Translations under genes and position numbers: made by a program
Source: Octopus vulgaris
Taxonomy: Eukaryota
Length of the DNA: 64,000 nucleotides
Reading direction: 5' to 3'
Assembly: GCA_951406725.2 (NCBI GenBank)
Contig: OX597832.1
Span: 25,544,001 to 25,608,000, forward strand
The notes under the pieces: generated by a model
The model's input: only the letters and a program-made list of their open reading frames with translations
The model's database searches: none
Told to the model about the DNA's origin: nothing
Shown here: positions 54,963 through 64,000 of the stretch, piece by piece
How the letters are laid out: every line of letters starts with the position of its first letter
Numbering within the stretch: position 1 is the stretch's first letter

Positions 54963-55031
<69 letters not shown>

Positions 55032-56029
55032 TTTGTATTGTTGTTGTTGTTGCTGTTGTTGTTATTGTTGTTCTGTTATTGCAAGGATTAGAACAGCTAC
55101 CAATTGTTTCAGGCCTAGTGCTGACATGGCTTTATCATGGAACTTGTTTTACTGTTGCAGTGATTGTTGTACTCAAACTGTAGATGTTGCAGTTGTTCTT
55201 GCTGTTGTTGTTGTTGCTGCTGTGCCTTTCCTCCTCTCCCAGCCTTCTTTGGTATCGCCAGCCCAAATCTTAAATATTTTGACCGACTCCACCTTACACA
55301 CCTACCTCTTCCTTTCCCCTCCTTACTCTTCCTCCCCCTTTCACATACTTCCTCGTTTCTTTTCCATCTCTCTCTTTGTCTCTCCTCCCCCTCTCTTTCT
55401 GTCACTTTGTCACTTATACACATACATCTTTCCTCCCTCTCTCTCTCTCTCTCTCTCTTACTCTCCATTTCAAACGTAGATTATTTTTCTTTCTCTCACT
55501 TCCTCATTCTTCTCTCTTTCTCTTTCTACTCTCTCATTCTCTCTATCTATCTCACTCTCTGTCTCTGTCTACTCCCTTCCTCTCCCTCTCTTCCACTCCC
55601 CCACTCTATCACTTTGACACACCCATTTCTCTCAATGCCTTTCTCACTACACTTCAAACATACCCTATTTCCCTCTCCTTCTCTCTCTCTCTCGCCTTCC
55701 ATCCCTACTTCTCTCTCTCTCTTTCTATCTCTCTCTCTCAGGCACGTCCCTCTTTCTTAATAAACACGAATACTCCCTCTTCCTAACACTCAAAAACACA
55801 TAGAACTCCCATCCTCTCCCTCTCTCTCTAACTCTTTCTCTCTTACTCTCTCCATCTCTCCTCCTCTCTTTGTGACTATCTGTTTCTCTCTCTCTCTTTC
55901 TCCCCCTCTTCTCACTCCTCTCTTTCCCACTGTTCGTATCTCAATAACATCAAGCTGTAGGATTTACATTTCAACAAGTGTATTTCAAGAAAATACAAGC
56001 ACACGCACATACGCACACGCACACACACG

Positions 56030-56084
<55 letters not shown>

Positions 56085-56283
56085 GCAAACGTATATATGC
56101 ATGCACGCACATTTGTATACACATGCACACACACAGATATATATATATATATATTGTAAAAATATTCTTTTATCTTTTTTACTTGTTTTAGTCATTTGAC
56201 TGCGGCCATGCTGGAGCCCCGCCTATTCATATACCTGTATATACTTCTATATGAATATATATATATATATACACACATTTGTA

Positions 56284-56453
<170 letters not shown>

Positions 56454-56480
56454 TATGTATGTGTGTGTATATTCATGGTT

Positions 56481-56800
56481 TGTGTGTCTGTCTTTGTCCC
56501 CCACACATCGCTTGTAAACTGTTGTTGATGTGTTTACGTCCCTGTAACTTAGCGGTTCAGCAAAATAGAACTTTGACGACAAATAACCGATTGGTTGTTT
56601 AACCTATGCATTAAACAAACAATCGATTACGTACTTGGTAAGATATTTAACCGTTTGATTAACAATGAAGACCGACAGAATAAGTACTAAGCTAACAAAA
56701 GCATAAGTCGTGGGGTCGATTTGCTCGTCTAAAGGCGGCGCTCCAGCATGGCCGCAGTCAAATAACTGAAACAAATAAATGAATAAAAGATTAAAAGAAT
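56481..56800 (+). mobile_element. SINE family A, 3' half with about 100-bp foreign insertion
   Basis: Consensus is interrupted between CAAAATAGA (56569) and AGACCGACAGAATAAG (56669). Confidence 0.75.
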
Positions 56801-57835
56801 AGCCTAATTTTTCTGTTTTTCATTGATTTTGGAAGAAATGTTCCTCTTCTGCTGCGTGGCTGATCTCTTTGACCGCCAATAATTATCGTTTCGATCTACA
56901 AAACGTATGTCGGGAGGTTTGTGTTTAGCGGGAGCTTTCATGAGAGCCTTCCACTAATATTCCACCAATTGAAATGTATGCATTCAATAACATGACTGTT
57001 GTCAAACTTCATCCCACATCTATGCATGTATGTATGTATACATGTATGTATGTATGTATGTATGTATGTATGTATGTATGTATGTATGTATGTATGTACG
57101 TATGTATACATGCATGTATGTATATATATGTATGAATGTATGTGGGCTAAGAAAGTCACATTCGATCACAGCACCAGTAACATGTTATATGTATCTATGC
57201 AATGGCCATACTGATAACGAGGGGCAGCCATAATGTATATGTATGTATGTATGCATGTATGTACATGTATGTATGTATGTATGTATGTATGTATGTATAT
57301 ATGCATGCATGTATGTATGTATGTATATGTATGTATGTATGTAAGTATGCATGTATGTATGTATACATGCATGTATGTATGTATGCATGAATGTATATAT
57401 GTATATGTATGCATGTATGTATGTACGTATGTAAGTATATATGTATGTATATGTATGTACGTATGTATGCATGTATGCATGCATGTACGTATGTATATAT
57501 GTATGTATATCTATGTAGTATGCATGTATGTGTGTATGAATGTATGAATGTATGTATGCTTGTGTAGATGTGTGCAAGTACGTATGTATCTATTTATGGA
57601 TTTGAGCTGATGTATATATATATATATATGTATATGTATATATATATATATGCATATATGCATTTGTTCTTATGTATGTATATACATGTGTTAATACATA
57701 CATGTGTGTACTTATATATTTATATATGTACGTATATGTATATATGTACCCATATACATTTATATGTATTATGTATGTATGTATGTATGCATGTATGTAT
57801 ACATATATGTGTATGTATACATATATGTGTATGTA

Positions 57836-57876
<41 letters not shown>

Positions 57877-59284
57877 CAGCGTCATCTTTCTACTGTTTCA
57901 TCCCCTAATTCATCATCATCATCGTCATCACCCTCATCAATAACACTCTTCTTATCTTCATCCTCTTCATCCTCAACTGCCGCCTCAAACCTACCACTAC
58001 CACCGCCACCACCACCACCACCACCATCATCATCATCTTCGTCTTTATTTCTTATCCTGTTTCTTTGTAAACCTCTTCCCACCATCATTTTTCCTTCTTC
58101 GAACCAAATTAACGTCCATCGTACATTTTAGTCAGGAATCAACTGACTTGTTGACCGACACCTGGACAGTTTGGACATTAACAATGGTCAATGGCCGACA
58201 GCCTTCTCTTTCTTTTTCTTTCTCTCTGTCTTTCTTCGACAAACAGACATAATTTCGTTAAGCTCTAACAGCATGTTGAACCGAGCTTCCTGACTGATAT
58301 GCGTTCTCGTGCACCTCCCCACCCCTCACCCTTCTATCTCCAACCATTACATTCCACCTCATTCCACCCCATCTTCACCCCGAACACCATTTTTCACCTG
58401 GAACCATCTTCTCCGAGACCACTGTCCTATCAGTCACATTCTTCGCATCAGAAAAATTTATTTTCCTCGCCCCTAACCCTTTTCTCTTTCATTCGCCTTC
58501 TCCTTCACTCTACCCTGTCTTTAAAATTTATTGCTCGTTCACACACTCTTACTTTCCTTCACTCCGCTTCTTCCTCCCCCACTCCTACTCCCTACGCCCT
58601 ACTGTTCTTTATTGTCTTTTGTCTTCCTTCACCTTTCCTTCAATGTTCTCATTCCTTGAAATATATTCTCAGTTCTTGCGTCAATATCCCACATTTCCCT
58701 TCCACACTTTTTCCTGATTTAATAACAGATAACCAATTCTCTAACTTCGATTTCCTTCTTTGAATGGAAAGCGTTCAAAGAAAAAGGCATTCTCAGACGA
58801 CCGTGTGGTTACGGTGCTGTACAATTATGCACAGCCATTTCAAACCACCGGCGGTTCGAATCTCACCACAGGAACCACAATTTATTCGTTGTCACACGAC
58901 TTAATGTAGTTATTTAATAGCACAAAACCCTCGCCTATGTATTGTGAAAAGAAATACGTTTCGCGGACTGACGAGCGGCAGCTTTCCCCATTGGTAAGCT
59001 AAGGAGGTGTCATTCTTTTTCACGTTGCCTTCGACCGTAATGGTTACGATTTTCTGAGGTCCTCGCTCTACCCCCCCCCTATATCTATAGTCCTTTAGTG
59101 AAGTTTTCATTTCTCCTTCGCGTTACCCACTTCTGTCTTGTCTTGCAGTCCCAAGGCTCTTTCTTGTATATATATTATTATCATTATTAATTACTGTCTT
59201 CGTGTTGCCCTAAGCTTCTAGCGACGAACGCCTGAACTACGACTGATTTGTCCCACAGAGAACGTTTCCGTTTGGATACCAAAC

Positions 59285-59700
59285 AGAAAAATTGTCTCAC
59301 CTTTCGCATCACCTTTAAGGTACTTAAAGTTACTTAGTAAACAAAAAACTCGTCAACAATGCACTTTAGGCTTGGACTATAATACGTCACATAAGCCAGG
59401 AGGATATTTGAACCTCCAAACGTTGGTTCATCGAGGCGAATAGAAAACATGCAATGTTGAAGCTCAGGTGCCAAGGTTCTCTCCACATCAACGGCCAATT
59501 GATCGATGTGTCGTTGCACTGTAATTGCACTCAACAGTATGCATTTTAGTGCAGGTTAAGTGTCTTTCTTCATAAAATTTTCAATCACATCTTTAATTGC
59601 GGGAATTACGATCTCTTCACCAATGGTATACGATGTTCCTTTCATGCTATATTAGGAGAGATACCGTAAGCTGTCTTCAGTCCTCCTTCATTATCAGCAC
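59285..59700 (-). mobile_element. hAT (Buster/Charlie, ZBED5-like) transposase fragment
   Basis: GLKTAYGIS..YTIGEEIVIPAIKDVI..LSAITVQRHIDQLAVDVE..FSIRLDEPT..LLAYV..DAKGETIF; contains stops and frameshifts. Confidence 0.85.
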
Positions 59701-59704
59701 TGGC

Positions 59705-59937
59705 AGATGCTTTAAAACGCTGCTTCTAGCGCTGGAGATGTACTGCGGTGTCCGCTGTCCACGAGCAGTGAACTAAGGTAACACCTCATATTCTTCGAGC
59801 ACATTCGGGAGTATATTGGTACTACTACCACTTTTTTCATCGACCACGACTGCCTAACCTCCCAAGCTAACCTGTCATATCTATCGACTTTTTCTTCCTT
59901 ATCGCATGCCTTGTTGTCAGCTGGGCATGCTATATTT
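59705..59937 (-). mobile_element. R4/Dong-clade LINE fragment, subfamily 2
   Basis: IACPADNKACDKEEKVDRYDRLAWEVRQSWSMKKVVVVPI followed by a deleted 3' end; homologous to 22635-22755. Confidence 0.7.
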
Positions 59938-60346
59938 GTATAATTATTATTACTCTTTTCTTCTGTTGTATATAGCCGTAAGGCTTTGATTTGTTATATA
60001 TACGTGATTCTTCGACTGTTGTATTTATATATTGACTTGTTTGTTTCTGTCTCAGTATACATTCCCCAGCTTTTTCCCGCTGGCACCTCTAAAATTCAGT
60101 GGTCTCAACGATAATGGTGCGAAACCACGATGATATATTGGTTAATCTGACTGACGCGGAAAACGCAGCTGCGAACATTCCATGTATCGTGTCTTTGTCT
60201 ATATTCTCGATCCTTTAAGCTTCCGTCTAGATTCCCGTTTGCTCTACTTTCATCTAACTTTTTCTCCTTGTTGTGTTCTACCTGTTCAATCCTTGATACA
60301 TACATACATACACTCACACACTTACACACAAACACATATACACGAA

Positions 60347-60727
60347 TGGCACTCCGTCGGGTACGATGAAGAGGGTTCCTGTTGATCTGATCAACGAAAC
60401 AGCCTGCTCGTGAAATTAGTGTGCATGTGGCTGAGCACTCCGCAGACACGTGTACCCTTAACGTAGTTCTCGGGGGAGATTCAGCGTGACACAGAGAGTG
60501 ACAAGGCCGGCCCTTTGAAATACAGGTACAACAGAAACAGGAAGACAAAGTGAGAGAAAGTTGTGGTGAAAGAGTACAGCAGGGTTTACCACCAACCCCT
60601 GCCGGAGCCTCGTGGAGCTTTAGGTGTTTTCGCTCAATAAACACTCACAACACCCGGTCTGGGAAATGAAATCGCGATCCGAAGACCGCGAGCCCGCTGC
60701 CCTAACCACTGGGCCATTGCGCCTCCG
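60347..60727 (-). mobile_element. SINE family B
   Basis: Reverse-complement match to 61148-61531. Confidence 0.85.
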
Positions 60728-60809
60728 CGCATATACATATACACACACACACACATATATGCATATACATAAAAACATATACAGGAATGAATGTATGTAT
60801 ATATGTATA

Positions 60810-61127
60810 AAGACCCCCTTCGGTCATGAATGACCATGGGATTGCACCTAGAAAGTTACCCTCCTAGACACAAGTCCGGGCAAGGTTGTTTATGGAAGAC
60901 CAGCAGTCGCCCATGCATACCAGCCTCCCTCTCCATGCCACCAGTGTTATCCAAGGGAAAGACAAAGGTCGTTACAGCTTGGCACCAGTGACGTCGCAAC
61001 TCATTTCTACAGCTGAGTGAACTGGAGCAACGTGAAATAAAGTGCCTTGCTCAAGAACACAACACGCAGCCCGGTTCCGGGATTCGAGCTCACAACCTCA
61101 CGATCGTAAGCTCGACGCTCTAACCAC
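60810..61127 (-). mobile_element. SINE family C head with a third type of tail
   Basis: 61000-61127 matches the family C head; 60810-61000 is a different tail ending in the hairpin GGTCATTCATGACC. Confidence 0.75.
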
Positions 61128-61147
61128 TATATATGTATATGTATTAT

Positions 61148-61531
61148 AGGAGGCACAATGGCCCAGTGGTTAGGGCAGCGGACTCGCGGTCGTAGGATCG
61201 CGGTTTCGATTCCCAGACCGGGCGTTGTGAGTGTTTATTGAGCGAAGACACCTAAAGCTCCACGAGGCTCTGGCAGGGGTGTGGTGGTGATCCCTGCTGT
61301 ACTCTTTCACCACAACTTTCTCTGACTCTTACTTCCTGTTTCTGTTGTACCTGTATTTCAAAGGGCCGGCCTTGTCACTCTTTGTGTCACGCTGAATATC
61401 CCCGAGAACTACGTTAAGGGTACACGTGTCTGTGGAATGCTCAGCCACTTACACGTTAATTTCACGAGCAGGCTGTTCCGTTGATTCGGATCAACCGGAA
61501 CCCTCGTCGTCGTAACCGACGGATTGCTTCC
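61148..61531 (+). mobile_element. tRNA-derived SINE family B, full copy
   Basis: A box TGGCCCAGTGG, B box GGTTTCGATTCC; tail ..GAACCCTCGTCGTCGTAACCGACGGA; other copies at 3955-4320, 49022-49402 and 60347-60727 (all minus) and a head at 63958-64000. Confidence 0.88.
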
Positions 61532-61933
61532 ACATATATACATATGTATTATAGTATTGTAGCTTTTTAACATTTAATTCGGGACGAAGTGTAGATTGGC
61601 TGCGCATTAACTCTTATGAAAATATACGTTATCTTTGATAGGGAATATTCAGTGAAATAAAGATCTTTCTTATCATAAAAGATGATATTTTCTATCATAA
61701 AATATAAACCCTGAATGATTCTCTGACAAGGAAAGGAAACTGTAAACCTTACTTATTATAAGTGTCACATTTTATGATATGATAAAATATAATATATAAA
61801 CACGCTCTCGCATACAGTCACGCACGTATATATGCACGCGCATTATATACGCACACATATAAATATGTATGTATAAGTATATAACTAACATATTTATATA
61901 AGATATATGTGCATATATTTATATATATATACT

Positions 61934-62005
<72 letters not shown>

Positions 62006-62158
62006 CATACACACACACACACATATATATATATGCGTGTATGTGTACATAAAATTGCATGAACGTATACGAACGTGTACGAACGTATAAATGACTGTGA
62101 ATATGCACACGCATATACACGTGTACGCCTATGCATGACACACGCATATGCCATATAT

Positions 62159-62203
<45 letters not shown>

Positions 62204-62206
<3 letters not shown>

Positions 62207-62598
62207 CTTGTTTCAGTCATTTGACTGCGGCCATGCTGGAGCACCGCCTTTAGTCGAGCAACTCGACCCCAGGACTTATTCTTTGTAAGCCCAGTACTTA
62301 TTCTATCGGCCTCTTTTGCCGAACCGCTAAGTGACGGGGACATAAACACACCAGCATCGGTTGTCAAGCGATGTTGGATGGGACAAACACAGACACACAA
62401 ACATACACGCACACATACATATATATACATATATACGACAGGCTTCTTTCAGTTTCCGTCTACCAAATCCACTCACAAGGCTTTGGTCGGCCCGAGGCTA
62501 TAGTAGAAGACACTTGCCCAAGGTGCCACGTAGTGGGACTGAACCCGGAACAATGTGGTTGGTAAACAAGCTACTTACCACACAGCCACTCCTGCGCC
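62204..62598 (-). mobile_element. SINE family A, full copy
   Basis: Near-identical to 14283-14724. Confidence 0.85.
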
Positions 62599-62678
62599 AT
62601 ATATATATACATCTATATATATATATATATATGTCTGTGTGTGTGTAAAATTATTGTTCCTTCTTCCGAAAAGTATAG

Positions 62679-62723
62679 AACTGCTTAAGAAGAGAAGTAC
62701 TCGGGTCGAACCCGAGACAAAGG
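62679..62723 (+). CDS. Candidate CCDC83-like exon 9 (ELLKKRSTRVEPETK)
   Basis: TTGTTCCTTCTTCC...TATAG acceptor, strong AGG|GTAAGA donor; 45 nt, symmetric phase 1, open in the expected frame. No homology recognised. Confidence 0.45.
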
Positions 62724-63404
62724 GTAAGAGTAAAGTTATAAACTCAAATTAGGCAATCATACTAATACAGTAATAAATTCGACTTAAAATGCACATGGTG
62801 TGTAAGACTTTTAATTAATTTTTCTACCAGGTCATGAACTCTGGAAACGGCCGTAGAATATATACACATACACATATACGCATTCACGCATACTAGTGTT
62901 TATATATGTAAGTTATGTTATTAAGTGTTGTGTATTTCTGTGTATACGAGAGCGCTTGCGTGTATGTGTGCGTGTGCTGTGCTTGACTGTGTGTATGAAT
63001 GTGTGTATGCGTGTGTGTATAAATAAGCCGCGATTCAGAAAATAGTACAAATATATTAATTCGAAGCATAAATATTTCAGTGCATTTGAACGTTCTGTAA
63101 TGAGTGTCAACTTGTTACGAATTCATGTGTGTACGCACGTGTGTGTGTGAGTGTGTGTATGTGTGTGTGTGTGTGTATGAGTGTGTGTGTGTGTGTATGA
63201 GTGTGTGTGTGTGTGTTGTCCGTGTCTTCTGTTACTTCACCTTCCGTGGACTCCTATTAAAAGGCCAAGCAGAACTTTTGATAAGATTCAAAATTTTATA
63301 TTTCAGAAATTGATTGCAGTGACCTATGATTTTTTCCCCAAAGGTCATATTGTCTTTTATATCTCCATCTCTGTCCCTCTCTAATACACACACACACACA
63401 CACA

Positions 63405-63465
<61 letters not shown>

Positions 63466-63506
63466 ACATACGTACACGTACACACGCACGCATCCTATCC
63501 CGCCCC

Positions 63507-63548
<42 letters not shown>

Positions 63549-63627
63549 CACACACATTCATTCGTATATCCATTCGTCTCCTACACAAATTTACCGAGCA
63601 CACAGTTGTTATTATGTATGTATGTTT

Positions 63628-63952
63628 TGTGAAGCCACGTGGTTTAATGGTTAGGGGCATTCGGCTCATAACTGTAAGGTCGTGAGTTCGATTCCCGGCG
63701 ACACGTTGTGTCCTTGAGCAAGACACTTTATTTCACGTTTCTCCAGTCCACTCAGCTGGCAAAGATGAGTTGTACCTGTATTTCAAAGGGTCAGCCTTGT
63801 CATGCTTTGTGTCACGCTGAATCTCCCTGAGAACTGAAGTAAAGTTACGTGTGTCTGTGGAGTACTCAGCCACTTGCACGTTAATTTCACGAGCAAGCTA
63901 TTCCGTTGATCGGATCAGCTGGGACCCACATCGTCGTAACCGACGGAGTGCT
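63628..63952 (+). mobile_element. SINE family C
   Basis: Reverse-complement match to 16233-16553; partial copies at 18825-18978, 34460-34650 and 34780-34975. Confidence 0.85.
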
Positions 63953-64000
63953 CATTTGTGGAGGCCCAATTTCCCAGTCGTTAGGGCAATGGACTCGCGA

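Larger units (their letters stand above)
51925..55070. repeat. Triplet microsatellite field: (CAT)n, (TTA)n, (AGT)n, (GGT/GAT)n
   Basis: Seen directly; source of the poly-S/M/D/G/V ORFs. Confidence 0.9.

Noticed and set aside
58945-58990. GAAA-TACG-TT..CTGACGA-GC arrangement
   Set aside because: Helix II cannot close in any hammerhead topology.
61148-61225. tRNA-like cloverleaf heads (also 16480-16553, 63630-63705, 58795-58875)
   Set aside because: They continue into SINE bodies or lack complete stems; not tRNA genes.
63307-63344. TTTCAG acceptor giving EIDCSDL* in phase with candidate exon 9
   Set aside because: Very short, no homology to the expected CCDC83 C-terminus and no nearby poly(A) signal.

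Overview
Eukaryotic, repeat-dominated DNA. The dense (TA)n, (CA)n, (TACA)n, (GATA)n, (TAA)n, (ACT)n and (GAT)n tracts and the tRNA-derived SINE families point to a cephalopod, most likely Octopus (inference). Almost every entry in the ORF track is a microsatellite artefact. One real gene can be spliced together by hand on the + strand: a CCDC83-like coiled-coil protein with 8 phase-consistent GT-AG exons from ATG 20616 to 49800 (931 nt, about 310 codons), a candidate 9th exon at 62679-62723, and no 3' end located. The rest consists of four modular SINE families, decayed LINEs (CR1-group, R4/Dong, Tx1-like), DNA transposon relics (DD41D Tc1/mariner, two mariners, pogo/Tigger-type MITEs, Buster-type hAT) and a tRNA-Gly-derived copy carrying an Asp anticodon. 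The most notable hidden signal is a set of short, unrelated, mostly (TA)n-embedded modules between about 8.4 and 20.5 kb. Each carries a minimal type I hammerhead ribozyme fold with a short, often palindromic helix III, as in Penelope-like elements and retrozymes. One has a fully canonical core (12895-12995), one has a compensatory G3-C8 core swap (13671-13720), and others have U4C or A6U core variants. All structures were folded by eye and none has been tested.
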